From an uncultured Methanolobus sp. (GTDB lineage Archaea > Halobacteriota > Methanosarcinia > Methanosarcinales > Methanosarcinaceae): 64,000 nucleotides of DNA. The position numbers and the translations under genes were made by a program. Shown piece after piece: positions 28,297-39,527 of this stretch. The stretch spans positions 224,001 through 288,000 of the forward strand of contig OY776215.1 of NCBI GenBank assembly GCA_963675495.1. Reading direction: 5' to 3'. The number at the start of each line of letters is the position of its first letter. Positions within the stretch are counted from its first letter, which is position 1. Under the pieces are notes generated by a model. The model ran no database searches and was not told the origin of the DNA. It was given only the letters and a program-made list of their open reading frames with translations.

Positions 28297-31149
28297 TTGA
28301 TGGAAAGAATATATAAGTATTATCCGGAAGATTTTGGAGAATTAACTGTAAAAGTTGTACACATGGACCTTATTTTTGATATGTTTGCCGATCATACAAA
28401 GGTGACATCTCATCTCAAATTACGAACTCTTGACAAATCCATCAATGAACTTGAGCTGAATTGCAAGAAGCTTGAAATTCTATCCGTAAGTTGCAAAGAG
28501 TATGATATTGGTTACGAATACAGGGAAAAAGACGATATCCTCTTAATCAAATTTGGCCAGGAAGTACCTGAAGACACTGATATTTTCATCAACACCCAGA
28601 CTATCTGCAGACCTACTAAAAACATACTGGAAGGTCTCTATTATGATGAAACCCCTGCAGGCGCTCCTCCACAACAAATAACCCAATGCCAGCAATGGGG
28701 GTTCCAGAGAATCGTGCCATGCATAGATGACATGGTAGCGAAATGCACTTACACTACAACCATAATTGCCGATGAGAGGTATACAAATCTTATAAGTAAC
28801 GGCGATATTATAGAGGCAAGGCATTCAATTGGAAATGGAAGGGATCAGATTGTCTATGATAATTCAATTACTCCCATGGCTCCTTATCTTTTTTTCCTGG
28901 GTGTGGGCACCTATGACACATTCAAAAAAGAGTTTGAGTATCCGGATGGGCACACATTTGACCTGGAGTTACTAGTGCCTCCCGGTTCAGATTCCTTGAT
29001 CGCCCAAAAAAGTCTTGACGTACTCTACGATTCGATTATGTGGATCCATCTTTTTACAGGTCCTGAACAATATTCTCAATCTGAAGATCGAAGAAAGATT
29101 ATGAATCTGGTCATGGAAAGGGACCTGCTTAAAAATGGAGGAAACGGAGCTGATGGACAGAACCAAAAGATTAGAACCATCAGGGATGAACTGAAAAAGG
29201 CAGTTGGATTGATACAGACCGGATACAAGTATACGGGCACCGTTTACAGGGAGATCGGGATGCAGAATTCTAATTTTGGTGGTATGGAAAATGTAGGCAA
29301 TACTACCATTAGCACCAATCGCATAATGCCCTTCCCTCAAATGACTGACAATGCTTTCGAGTATATGATGCGGGTAAAAGTTCATGAATTCTACCATAAC
29401 CTTAACGGCTCTGAAGTAACCGGAAAAAGTCCATTTGAAATATGGCTTAACGAAGCGGTGACCGTTCATATAGAGAAAATGTATCATGCATATCATTTTG
29501 GAGAGGAATATAGCCGTCTTGATGAAGTCCTTGGTTTTCTGGCTCCCGGGGCCGGAACCTTTGCCCTTGACATGGGCGCAGCCTCCATGCCCATCATCCC
29601 AGATGGATTCAATGACCCTGATGATCTGATCAGTGCAGTGACCTATGTAAAATCCCCGGAATTTGTACTGATGATAGAGAAACTTATGGGAAAAGCCACA
29701 TTTGCCAGAGCTCTGAATGTCTATCATGCTAGATATAAACACTCAAATGCCTCAAGCTGGGACTGGATCGAAGTAATGGAAGAGGTTTCAGGACTTGATT
29801 TGAAAGAAATGGCAAAAATATGGCTAAAACAAACACAATTCCCTCTAGTCCATGTAAGATCCTCCTATGATGAAAATGAAAGGGCTTTTACATTATTCTT
29901 AGAACAGGAAGTTCCAGGAGATGGAAAATTCTGGGAGTTCCCATTCTGTGTAGCTCTGGTAGATAAAGAAGGCAATGATCTTGCCGAAGTCATGGAGCTG
30001 ATGAAGGGCAAAGAGAAAAAGATTGTTATCAATGATGTAGATAAACCCGCATTTTCATCCTTGAACCGTAGGTATTCTTTCTTTGGAAAAGTAATTCATG
30101 ATGTGGATATTGATGAGCTGATCTTGCAGATAAAAATGGATACTGATCTGATAAACAGGTTTATTGCGTTCTACAAGATAGTTGATCTCGAAAAAATGAA
30201 ATTAATTGAGGACAGCAAGCATGCTCCATCAAAAGAATTCACAGACCTTTATTATGAACTCATCCAGGATCATGAATTAATGAAGGAAGCAGGAGCTCAG
30301 TTCCTGACAATCTTTGAATCCGTGGAAGATGAGATACTTGCACACAGGTATCATTTGTTATATGAAGTTAAACAAAAACTTTTCAAAGCAATAGCAAGTG
30401 AACATGAAGATCCCCTGATATCACTCTATAAGGTTTACAATAAAAAAGGAAATGAATCCAAAAATGGAAACCAGGATTACGTGAATGAGCAGGTAAATGC
30501 GATCAAATATCGCCAGATAAAGAATACGTGTCTCTCTGTTCTTTCGACCCTCGATACACCCATAGTGCATGATATGATCAGAGAACAGTTTGAGACAGCT
30601 GAAAACGCCACGGATAAATTAAGTGCTTTTAGCTATTATCTTAACAGTTCGGCACCTGACAGGATCCAGTTTATGCAAAGGTTCCAGAAGGAAGCAGAAA
30701 AACATCCTGTAAGTTGGGAAGCTTTCCTGAGAGTTATAGGAAGCAACAGTCGGGATGATGTATTTGACATGATAAAACAGGTTGAAAGTTCCGATTCCTT
30801 CAGGATAGAACAGGCAAATGACCAGAGAGCTCTTTATGGAAGTTTTGCAATGAACAGAAAGAAATCTCTGCAAACCGAACAGGGAAGGCAATTGCTTGGG
30901 GATATAGTTCTCAAGCTGGCAGGGGTCAATGAATATACTGCCGTAGGCATCCTTAACGTCCTTGCAAATATTGATCGGATGGAAGATGAATATCATGTGC
31001 CTTTGGTGGGAATGCTGATTGGTTTCCTGGGCAGGCTCGATAAGGATAATACACCAAGTGTATACAACAGGATCAGGAAGATACTGCTCAATACTCCAAA
31101 AGCCGTGGAAAGATATGAAGTGCTTAATGGAAAACTCAATTTGAGTTAA
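28297..31149 (+). CDS. pepN: Aminopeptidase N (peptidase M1)
   Basis: TQCQQWGFQRI, GGMEN exopeptidase motif, HEFYH...WLNEA zinc motif, and TYVKS. Confidence 0.9.
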   Translation: MMERIYKYYPEDFGELTVKVVHMDLIFDMFADHTKVTSHLKLRTLDKSINELELNCKKLEILSVSCKEYDIGYEYREKDDILLIKFGQEVPEDTDIFINTQTICRPTKNILEGLYYDETPAGAPPQQITQCQQWGFQRIVPCIDDMVAKCTYTTTIIADERYTNLISNGDIIEARHSIGNGRDQIVYDNSITPMAPYLFFLGVGTYDTFKKEFEYPDGHTFDLELLVPPGSDSLIAQKSLDVLYDSIMWIHLFTGPEQYSQSEDRRKIMNLVMERDLLKNGGNGADGQNQKIRTIRDELKKAVGLIQTGYKYTGTVYREIGMQNSNFGGMENVGNTTISTNRIMPFPQMTDNAFEYMMRVKVHEFYHNLNGSEVTGKSPFEIWLNEAVTVHIEKMYHAYHFGEEYSRLDEVLGFLAPGAGTFALDMGAASMPIIPDGFNDPDDLISAVTYVKSPEFVLMIEKLMGKATFARALNVYHARYKHSNASSWDWIEVMEEVSGLDLKEMAKIWLKQTQFPLVHVRSSYDENERAFTLFLEQEVPGDGKFWEFPFCVALVDKEGNDLAEVMELMKGKEKKIVINDVDKPAFSSLNRRYSFFGKVIHDVDIDELILQIKMDTDLINRFIAFYKIVDLEKMKLIEDSKHAPSKEFTDLYYELIQDHELMKEAGAQFLTIFESVEDEILAHRYHLLYEVKQKLFKAIASEHEDPLISLYKVYNKKGNESKNGNQDYVNEQVNAIKYRQIKNTCLSVLSTLDTPIVHDMIREQFETAENATDKLSAFSYYLNSSAPDRIQFMQRFQKEAEKHPVSWEAFLRVIGSNSRDDVFDMIKQVESSDSFRIEQANDQRALYGSFAMNRKKSLQTEQGRQLLGDIVLKLAGVNEYTAVGILNVLANIDRMEDEYHVPLVGMLIGFLGRLDKDNTPSVYNRIRKILLNTPKAVERYEVLNGKLNLS

Positions 31150-31181
31150 GACCCGAAATATATTTCAGGTCTTTTTATTTT
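31148..31181 (+). terminator. Hairpin and T-run after pepN
   Basis: aagacccgaaat a tatttcaggtctt followed by tttatttt. Confidence 0.5.
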
Positions 31182-31299
31182 CAACGTAAAATACATCACC
31201 GAATTTCATTTAGGTTTCTTTTCAATTATTTTTTCTTTGGTGTATGCATAGGCATTAAAAACATCATATTTTTGAATTTCAATAAAGATTAAATATTAA

Positions 31300-31620
31300 A
31301 GATATTCATCTTTACTAGGGGATTCAATTAGAGAAGACTTTGATGGTTTTGTAAGTGGGACTGGTGATGCAGGGAATCTGGAGGAATTTGTGCTTTGGGA
31401 GGTTGTATCCCAAAATAAGCTTTGTCATGTGTGGCCAGTAGCATCAATGTCCATAACAGAATGCTTAGAAAAGGTACAGGGGACAACAAAGGAATTATCG
31501 ATTGGTCTGACCTGATTGATTATAAAAAAACTTTTAGTGACCCGCATCTATGGAAAAGGAAGCAATTTCATTGTAAAAATCCCGATTTTGTTGAAATTCA
31601 TATCGGACATAATAAAGTAA
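31300..31620 (+). pseudogene. Histidine-kinase ATPase-domain remnant
   Basis: One frame reads ...IGLT*LIIKKLL...YGKGSNFIVKIPIL, resembling the GLGLAIIKK...GQGSTFFFTLPI end of HATPase_c. In-frame TGA at 31513. Confidence 0.35.
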
Positions 31621-31682
31621 GTATATATGTATGGACAATCAAAGGCTGATGGGTATTCCAGTAAAGAACAGTAGAGGACATC

Positions 31683-33143
31683 ATGGCTATCAGGAAACAT
31701 TGTTGTATTCTAACAATTATTTTATTTATTGTTTTTTCTGCGGTCTGTTCATGTGGATGCATATCAGATGATAGAGATACTTTTTTTGAAAATGACAATA
31801 TCAATGCTTCTGAGATTGTTCTGGAAGATGCTAAGCTTAATAATGGTTCTTTAGACGAACATAACCCGGATATTGATATAGAAGATATTGATATTGACTT
31901 AACGAGTTATACTTCATCCATTAAAAAAACAGGTATTCTGGAGATTGATAATGGTTATTCTCTTAAGGTACTGAATATCGATAAGCAGGAAAAACAGATA
32001 TTTGTGTCTCTAAGAAAAGATGGAAATGAATACGACACGAAAACAATGATTACGGGTTCTACATATAATGTAAAAGATACTAAGAATATAAATGTCATAT
32101 ACACTGTTCATGTTGACAGAATACTCGATAATGATTTTGTTGTTGAACTCACATATGTAATAAAACCGGAAATATCACTGGAAACTGAAACCTATGAAGG
32201 GAAGAACAGAATAAGTGAGGTCCGGATAAATGAAGATACCATTACAAGAACTTACAGATGGAAATATGAAGATACGGATCTCACTGTGCTTTATGAGTAC
32301 AACATACAGGCTTATGATACGTATTCAGAAAGAAGTCGTAACAGAGACTATCCTAATTTTGTGAGTGACCCTTATGACGATGAGCTTATTTCCCAAATTA
32401 CCACACAGATAGGGAAACTTGCTGAAGAAGCAGGTTATACTAACAGCGATATACCATACATTGCCATGGCTTTTGTACAGTCACTTCCGTATGTTAGTGA
32501 TAGTGCTTCTGCAGGTTATGATGAGTACCCCAGGTTTCCTTTTGAAACACTGTACCATGGCGGTGGAGACTGTGAGGATTCATCAATTCTTCTGTCTGCC
32601 CTTCTTTCTGATATGGGATACGGGGTCGCACTTATAGAGCTGCCAGGCCATATGGCAGTAGGGATGATGGGAGATTCAAGCCTTGAAGGCAGTTATTATG
32701 ACTATTCCGGTACACGATATTATTATCTTGAGACTACCAATTCCGAATGGGCTGTTGGTGTTATTCCTGAAGAATATTCTAATTCAGAAGCTGTTGTAAT
32801 ACCTATTGTTGGGGGGTATCCCGAATTGAAAATTGATTTTAGTGGAACTGCTAAAAGCAATGGATTTCTTACTTATGCCGAATTGGATATAGAAGTTGAA
32901 AACGTGGGTTCCTCTGTTGCAGAAAATATAATTATTTATGCTACTCTTGAAAGCACTACTGAAAATATGGTATGGGATGATCTTCAGACCAATACGAATT
33001 CTGATCTGGATGTGGAAGAAACTGTGACTTATACTGTATCAGATCTACGTGTTCCGGTGGGTGAAAAATATCGCGTGGGAATATGGGCATGGGGTTCCAA
33101 TGTTGAAGAGGAATATGTTTTTAGTGACTGGATTATAGTCTAA
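31683..33143 (+). CDS. Lipoprotein with transglutaminase-like cysteine-protease domain
   Basis: Signal peptide ending in CSCGC, AFVQSLPY, YPRFPFETLYHGGGDCED (Cys), GHMAVG (His) and YYYLETT. Confidence 0.8.
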   Translation: MAIRKHCCILTIILFIVFSAVCSCGCISDDRDTFFENDNINASEIVLEDAKLNNGSLDEHNPDIDIEDIDIDLTSYTSSIKKTGILEIDNGYSLKVLNIDKQEKQIFVSLRKDGNEYDTKTMITGSTYNVKDTKNINVIYTVHVDRILDNDFVVELTYVIKPEISLETETYEGKNRISEVRINEDTITRTYRWKYEDTDLTVLYEYNIQAYDTYSERSRNRDYPNFVSDPYDDELISQITTQIGKLAEEAGYTNSDIPYIAMAFVQSLPYVSDSASAGYDEYPRFPFETLYHGGGDCEDSSILLSALLSDMGYGVALIELPGHMAVGMMGDSSLEGSYYDYSGTRYYYLETTNSEWAVGVIPEEYSNSEAVVIPIVGGYPELKIDFSGTAKSNGFLTYAELDIEVENVGSSVAENIIIYATLESTTENMVWDDLQTNTNSDLDVEETVTYTVSDLRVPVGEKYRVGIWAWGSNVEEEYVFSDWIIV

Positions 33144-33204
33144 AAATGATGTATGAAAATACAAAAAATAAAAATTACAGGAAAACGATTTACTTTTTCC
33201 TCAT

Positions 33205-34377
33205 TCAACATATGTATGCTTTTAAAGGTGGAAAGCCGTTGAAAGCCACAGAACTGTAACTCTGTGTGTAAGCTCCGGTAGTAAAAATATACAGATGATC
33301 ACTTTCTTTTAAAGTATTAGGGAATGTATATTTATGATTTTCATACAGAATATCCATGCTGTCACATGTCGGTCCTGCAAGTATGACCTCCTCTTCATAT
33401 CCCTTGTTCTCAGAGTAGATTGGGTATTTTATACATTCATCAAGGGTTTCGATAAGTCCTCCAAACTTTCCAACATCGAGATACACCCATTTGTACTGAT
33501 TCAGTTTTGCCTTCTTTGAAATCATAATTACTTCTGTGACGATTATTCCAGCATCTGCAGTAAGTGAACGTCCTGGCTCGATGATTATCTCCGGGTGTTC
33601 ATCTCCGAAGTCTTCTTTTATGAACCGGAGTATTTCATGGGCATATGTTTCAAGGTCATTGGCAGGAGAAAAGTACTTAGCAGGGAATCCCCCACCAAGG
33701 TTGATCATTTTGAGTTTGATACCTTCCAGTGAAACAGCTTCAAAGATATACTTACACTTTGACAGTGCATTGTCCCATTGTCCTATATCTCGCTGCTGGG
33801 AACCTACATGGAATGAAAGGCCATAAGGTTCCAGTCCAAGTTCACGTGCCTGCAGTATCAGTTCGTAGATCACATCGGGGTGAGATCCAAATTTACGGGA
33901 TAAAGGCCAGTCTGCACCGTCACTTTCAGTAAGCAGACGGAAAAACACACGAGATCCAGGAGCATTTTGCGCAATTTTCTTCAAATCGCTTTCGGAGTCA
34001 GTAACAAAAAGTCTAACACCTTTTTCATATGCATTAGCAATATCTTTTTCTTTTTTAATAGTGTTGCCATAGCTTATTTTGTCCGGCTGGACTCCAAGTC
34101 TGATGAGTTGATCTATTTCATATGTTGTGGCAGCGTCAAAATTAGATCCTTTATTCTTAAGGGTCACAATGACTTCATCGAGAGGATTTGCCTTCATAGC
34201 ATAATATATTTTTACAAAAGGCATGTTCTTGACAAGTTCATCGTACATTTGTTCTACTTTAGTCAGATTAACAGTAAGGAAAGGTGTTTCTTTACCTTTA
34301 GAGAATTTCTTTATCTTTCTAAAGTCTTCCTCAGAGATGAAATCACTGAGAGGAAATCTATATTGCTCTTTTCTCAT
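33205..34377 (-). CDS. Ornithine/lysine decarboxylase (fold-type III PLP enzyme)
   Basis: YYAMKAN, SRKFG, SFHVGSQ, NLGGGFP, IEPGR, AGPTCDSMD, TGAYT. Confidence 0.93.
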   Translation of the reverse strand: MRKEQYRFPLSDFISEEDFRKIKKFSKGKETPFLTVNLTKVEQMYDELVKNMPFVKIYYAMKANPLDEVIVTLKNKGSNFDAATTYEIDQLIRLGVQPDKISYGNTIKKEKDIANAYEKGVRLFVTDSESDLKKIAQNAPGSRVFFRLLTESDGADWPLSRKFGSHPDVIYELILQARELGLEPYGLSFHVGSQQRDIGQWDNALSKCKYIFEAVSLEGIKLKMINLGGGFPAKYFSPANDLETYAHEILRFIKEDFGDEHPEIIIEPGRSLTADAGIIVTEVIMISKKAKLNQYKWVYLDVGKFGGLIETLDECIKYPIYSENKGYEEEVILAGPTCDSMDILYENHKYTFPNTLKESDHLYIFTTGAYTQSYSSVAFNGFPPLKAYIC

Positions 34378-34781
34378 ATCAAATCCTTTTTAGAATTAAA
34401 CAAGCACTATTAGAGTCTAATAAGTTAAATTAATCTATAATATCATACTATACTAGTTTATTCAAATAAATGCTTGATAATAGACTGTTAATAACTAATT
34501 AAGTATTTAAAATTGATTATTAATTGTTATTAATAGGTAATAACTTGTTTATAATAGTTAAATTTGATATTGAACATTTATAATCTATTTAATTGATTAT
34601 AATTGCTTTATTTCAATTTTAAAGCTAATTATTACTTATTTATCAAAAAGAAGCGTAAAAAATCTTTTATAAATGCCGTGTCAATAACTTTAATCAATAT
34701 GGAGATTTACTTGATAGAGATCAACAGATTCACAATAAATTAAGAATCTGGATCAATGCAGAAATAAAAATAATAAGAAAC

Positions 34782-37049
34782 TCACTCTTCTTCAGTAATA
34801 TCCTTTGATATCGGAAGCGTAAAGAAGAAAGTACTTCCTTGACCAACTTCACTTTTAACCCAGATATTACCTCCATGCATTTCTACAAATTTCTTGATTA
34901 TTGCCAGGCCCAATCCAGTTCCTTTATATTTGCGTGTACTTGAGCTGTCAACCTGATAGAATGGGTCGAATATTCTGTTCATGTTTTGCTTTGAGATCCC
35001 AATACCTGTATCACTAACTGACAACTGTATATGATGACCATTTATTTGCATGGCACTGATTGTTACTGTCCCACCGTTTTGGGTGAATTTCAGTGCGTTG
35101 TCTACAAGATTATAGAGAATCTCTTTGACCTTTATACTATCAGCCACTATTTCAGTTTTTTTCAGAGCAATATTTACATCAATTGTTATGTTTTTCTTGC
35201 CTGATAATATAGACATCATTGAATTAACGTCATTTACAACATCCACTAAATCAAATTTTTCATAGTTTAGTTCCGTTTCACCAAACTCGATATGAGAAAT
35301 AGCAAGTATATTGTTTATCAGATTCAGGAGTAAATGCCCATTCTGGTTTATGGTGTTAATATATTTTGTTTGTTTTTCATTAAGATCACCCAGCATGCCA
35401 TCTAACATAACATCTGAAAACCCGATAATAGAGCTTAAAGGAGTTTTAAGTTCATGGCTTGTATTTGCCAGAAATTCACTCTTGCTGCGATTGGCATTAT
35501 CAGCTATCATTTTAGCTTTAAGAATAACTTCTTCGGCTTGTTTTCTCTCAGTTATGTCTCGGAAGAATACAAGAGCTCCTGCAGAACCACCATAAGTAAC
35601 TGGAACAGCAGATACTTCTGCAATGAAAGAACTGCCATCCAGACGAAAACATGTTTCTTCTATCGTTGGAACATTCTTCTTTTCAGTATTCAGACAATGT
35701 ATCCGTTCTTTGATAGTAGCATGAGAATCAAAATGGAAACGGTCTATAACAGGACTGTCAATCAATTGTTCCTTAGACTCTGCACCTAAGAGTTTTAATG
35801 CTGCAGGATTGAGGTATGTAAACCTCCAATCGGTCTGTAAAAAGATAGCTTCAGGCGCATTTTCAACAAGAAGGCGGAAACGTGCTTCACTCTCCCTCAG
35901 TTCTTCTTCTATCATTTTACGCTGGGTTATGTCGGTAATGAAACCTTCAAGAGCTATCACATTTCCTTCATCATCATAGATTCCTTTGCCCTGTTCCCAC
36001 ACCCATTTAAGTTTGCCTGAAGAAGTAGTTATTGTGTACTCGTCCTGAAAAGTTCCTCTTCTGGAAAGAGATATTTCCCATTTTTTCCACACGTAATCTC
36101 TGTATTCAGGATTTATCAGGTCATTAAAGGAAATAGTTCTATTTCCAAGAAGGTCTTTTGGATCATATCCAGTTAATTCATGACAACCTTCGGATATAAA
36201 CCGCATTGTCCAGTCCCGGTTGTAATCACAACGATATGCCATTCCAGGCATATTCGAAAGAAGAACTGACTTACTTCTCTCACTTTCCTGAAGTGCCTGT
36301 TCCAATTTTTTGCGTTCACTTATGTCTCTAAGAAAACAAAATATACTGGGAGTAGAATGCCCAATATAGATAGTGCTTACTTCAATGTGCAATATTTTGC
36401 CATTTTTCATGCGATGATGAGTTTCAAAGAAGTCCTTACCGACCTTCTTCGTTCTGTCGATATGATATATAATCTGGTTTTGATTCATATCTGTTTCCAG
36501 GTCACTTATGCTCATATCAAGCAATTCTACGTATGAGTACCCTATCATTTTGCAGTACTTGCCATTTACTTCGAGAATCTTGCCTTCCATATCAATATGT
36601 AAGAAACCATCTATCGACATCTCAGTAATTGTACTGTAGCGTTGTGCGTATTCTACGGTTTCAAGGTCGATATCTGGTATGTTCTGTACATAATAATTTG
36701 CTTGTTTTCGGTAATTCAATTCAATACAAGCACGCAGTTGTTCATCAGAGAACGGTTCTATCAGGCAATTAGAAAATGAGATTTCTTCGAAGCACCTGGA
36801 TTGCGAATCACTGAAGGCTGAAGCAACAAGAATAATTGGAATGTTTCCGATTTTCTGAAGACTCTTGTAATCTACAGTAGCACAAATCGGTTTTGTTTCA
36901 AAATGAAGTAGAATAACATCTATTTTTTCATTTTGGACGAAAGTATCCAAATAATCAGAACTCAATGATTTTTCATAAACCGAATAATCATTTGATTTAA
37001 TTTTTTGCACAAGCTCCAAATTACTTGATTCTCCCGCAAAAAGCAACAA
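34782..37049 (-). CDS. PAS-domain sensor histidine kinase with degenerate N-terminal receiver
   Basis: Three PAS/PAC repeats (RDISERK, TDITQRK, RDITERK), H-box FLANTSHELKTPL, NLVDNALKFT, DTGIGI and GTGLGL. Confidence 0.93.
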   Translation of the reverse strand: MLLFAGESSNLELVQKIKSNDYSVYEKSLSSDYLDTFVQNEKIDVILLHFETKPICATVDYKSLQKIGNIPIILVASAFSDSQSRCFEEISFSNCLIEPFSDEQLRACIELNYRKQANYYVQNIPDIDLETVEYAQRYSTITEMSIDGFLHIDMEGKILEVNGKYCKMIGYSYVELLDMSISDLETDMNQNQIIYHIDRTKKVGKDFFETHHRMKNGKILHIEVSTIYIGHSTPSIFCFLRDISERKKLEQALQESERSKSVLLSNMPGMAYRCDYNRDWTMRFISEGCHELTGYDPKDLLGNRTISFNDLINPEYRDYVWKKWEISLSRRGTFQDEYTITTSSGKLKWVWEQGKGIYDDEGNVIALEGFITDITQRKMIEEELRESEARFRLLVENAPEAIFLQTDWRFTYLNPAALKLLGAESKEQLIDSPVIDRFHFDSHATIKERIHCLNTEKKNVPTIEETCFRLDGSSFIAEVSAVPVTYGGSAGALVFFRDITERKQAEEVILKAKMIADNANRSKSEFLANTSHELKTPLSSIIGFSDVMLDGMLGDLNEKQTKYINTINQNGHLLLNLINNILAISHIEFGETELNYEKFDLVDVVNDVNSMMSILSGKKNITIDVNIALKKTEIVADSIKVKEILYNLVDNALKFTQNGGTVTISAMQINGHHIQLSVSDTGIGISKQNMNRIFDPFYQVDSSSTRKYKGTGLGLAIIKKFVEMHGGNIWVKSEVGQGSTFFFTLPISKDITEEE

Positions 37050-37065
37050 TATTTTTTTTATTTTC

Positions 37066-37086
37066 GCACCTAAAAATTTTAGGTGC
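37066..37086. promoter_or_regulatory. Perfect 21-bp palindrome over the kinase RBS
   Basis: GCACCTAAAA-A-TTTTAGGTGC. Confidence 0.55.
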
Positions 37087-37129
37087 CGAATTGCATATAA
37101 AGTTAGCGCCCATTACTTATTAATATATT

Positions 37130-37500
37130 ATTAATTATTTAGAAAACATGCTCCAAAAAAATTTGTTTCATTAGGCGAAGAACCCAGACTTTCTCTACCT
37201 ATCAGGTCAATAGTTGCACTTACAAGAAGTTGTTGGCTAAGCGGTGCCGACATGAAAAATACATATATCCAGCTTCTCACAAAATTACCGGAGCGAAAAC
37301 CATCAAAAATATCACTGGCTTATACATTTTCCTGATTTGCTCCTTTCACAAACATGGATACAAAACCATAGATTAATGGCGGTCCGTTTATTGCTAACAT
37401 GGAACCAAAAGAGAAAATCAATGCTGCTAATCCATAAACTACAATGTTAATGGTAACAATGTCAACTGAGTTTTTGAAAAGTTCTCCATATTCAATAAAC
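37130..37500 (-). pseudogene. Membrane-protein pseudogene (DUF975-like)
   Basis: IEYGELFKNSVDIVTINIVVYGLAALIFSFGSMLAINGPPLIYGFVSMFVKGANQENV*ASDIFDGFRSGNFVRSWIYVFF, with an internal TAA and no clear start. Confidence 0.5.
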
Positions 37501-37614
37501 CCGACTTTTTAATTTTGATTCTAAATTTAAAAGGGTGAATAAGCATCAACTATCATAAACTAGACATAAAATGAACTACAATATTAAATGTGATTATTCA
37601 AAGGGATTCAGAAT

Positions 37615-37964
37615 ATGAATTTTTATCTGGTAATATCCGGCTTGCTTCTAATAGGATTAAGCCTTCTTCATATAGTTTTTGGAGAAAGGAATTATTTTAC
37701 AAGTAAAGAGAAACGGTACATAGCAGACTATGTTCCATATCATCTGATTTCAGTTGTACTGTTGTTTCAGGGTTTGGACTAATCTATTCTGCTTTTTATT
37801 TCAATTATCAACTTCCACTTTTCATTTTTTCATTGACCATAGGAAATCTGCTGACTTTTCTAATCGTCTGTGTCAGGGAAAAAGGAACAGGAATGATCAG
37901 GAAATCAGTTCCCCAATTCATTCTCTTTGGAATTGTGATTGGCCTGATCATTTTGGGTTTTTAG
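37615..37964 (+). pseudogene. Frameshifted small membrane protein
   Basis: MNFYLVISGLLLIGLSLLHIVFGE...LLFQG continues after a frame change near 37772 as FGLIYSAFYF...PQFILFGIVIGLIILGF*. Confidence 0.55.
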
Positions 37965-37980
37965 TGACGTGACAACGGCC

Positions 37981-38730
37981 TTATTCGATCAGATATGTCA
38001 CCTGAACAGACATTGAAACAGTGGACTCACCCGGCAGGATTGGAGTAGATACGCTGTCCTGTGCAATTGCTTCTTCTGCTACATCGTAATATATTCTGGA
38101 CCCACCGCTATCACTCACTGATGATGTCAGAACACCAGTAATTTTGACATCCAGACTACTGGCGAGCATCTCTGCTTTTGATAATGCGTCATCCACTGCT
38201 TCATCTATAAGTTCTTGACGCAGTTCTTTTTGGATTTCATCGGATACTGAAAATGAAATACTTCCGATTTGATTTGCTCCAGCAGCTGCAGATCTGTCAA
38301 TTATATCACTCAGAATGTCAAGCGTCATTGTAGTGACTTGAACGCTATTTGAAGCAGAATAACCTTCTATTGTAGGCTCACCGTCATAATTATACATGGG
38401 ATAAACAGATACGTAAGACGTCTGAATATCTTTGTCCTCCAGTCCGATAGCTTTTAGTTCTGTTATAACGGCACTCATCACCACCGCATTCTCATCGACT
38501 GCTTCCTTTGATGTAGGATACTGGGTAACTACACCAATACTCAAGGATGCAGTATCAGGAACAGCTTTGTTTTCAGCGTACCCGGTCATGTAAATAGTAT
38601 GTTCGGTATTCTTCTCTGACGTTGCCTGTGAACTGGCATATAGTGCTATTGCCATGAGCACCAAAACTATCGATAAAGCTAATACAATGTAGTATAATTT
38701 ATTGTTTGAATTTTCTTGCGACAATTTCAC
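37981..38730 (-). CDS. SIMPL (DUF541) domain protein
   Basis: N-terminal TM segment, G.AE.KAVPDTASLSIGV, IQTSYVSVYPMYNY, AGANQIGSISF, PILPGESTVSMSVQVTY. Confidence 0.9.
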   Translation of the reverse strand: MKLSQENSNNKLYYIVLALSIVLVLMAIALYASSQATSEKNTEHTIYMTGYAENKAVPDTASLSIGVVTQYPTSKEAVDENAVVMSAVITELKAIGLEDKDIQTSYVSVYPMYNYDGEPTIEGYSASNSVQVTTMTLDILSDIIDRSAAAGANQIGSISFSVSDEIQKELRQELIDEAVDDALSKAEMLASSLDVKITGVLTSSVSDSGGSRIYYDVAEEAIAQDSVSTPILPGESTVSMSVQVTYLIE

Positions 38731-39020
38731 ACCCCACTTTTAGTTAATGATGTAAATGTTGCTCTTTACATCTTTATATGTTTATGCAGCATTGTCCTGC
38801 ATATACTATGAAGAACTTTCAATTCCTCTATTCGAAGATTGATTTACCAATTTTTGGTCATAAAGTAGCAGTTCTATTATCTGAACTCATCTGAATTTCT
38901 TAGTCTCACCACATAAATTATATACTCATACGCTCTTTCTCAAATTTAAGAACAGACCGTATCTTATAGCGAATGTTTCTGACAAAGGATGGTCAGTAGT
39001 ACAATGAAAGTGGTAAAATA

Positions 39021-39527
39021 ATGTCTTCTACTTTAATGGGTTTTATGAACAAACAAGAAAATACGTTAACTCTTGGGTGGAGAGAGTGGCTTGCATTGCC
39101 TGATCTTGGTCTGCATGCAATAAAAGCCAAAATTGATACAGGTGCCAGAACCTCTGCATTGCATGCTTTTAATATTGAGCATTACATAAATGATGATATT
39201 GAAATGGTTCGATTTTTGGTCCATCCGATACAAAAGAATCAAGATTATTATATCGAATGCACAGCACCCATAAAGGACCGGCGCCAGGTAACTGATTCTG
39301 GCGGTCACAAGGAGATGCGTTATGTCATTGAAACGGATGTTGTTATTTCATCTCGGCGCTATCCTATTGAATTAACCCTCACAGACCGTGATACCATGCG
39401 TTTTAGGATGTTGCTGGGTCGTAATGCAATGAAACATTTGATAATAGTTGATCCAAGTGCATCATTTATCAATGGAAAGCTTAATGCACACTCATTATAT
39501 AATTTAATACCTGAGGTTGAAAGATGA
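39021..39527 (+). CDS. RimK-associated retropepsin-like protease (RimB-like)
   Basis: [34 protein letters not shown]. The stop overlaps the rimK start. Confidence 0.88.
   Translation: MSSTLMGFMNKQENTLTLGWREWLALPDLGLHAIKAKIDTGARTSALHAFNIEHYINDDIEMVRFLVHPIQKNQDYYIECTAPIKDRRQVTDSGGHKEMRYVIETDVVISSRRYPIELTLTDRDTMRFRMLLGRNAMKHLIIVDPSASFINGKLNAHSLYNLIPEVER

Noticed and set aside
28987-29742. Long antisense ORFs (251 aa here; also 42212-42895 and 7711-8289)
   Set aside because: They lie opposite well-supported genes and have no motifs; treated as shadow ORFs.
6877-37964. Pyrrolysine (TAG) read-through explaining the interrupted ORFs
   Set aside because: The internal stops found in the pseudogene candidates are TAA or TGA, or are frameshifts, not in-frame TAG.
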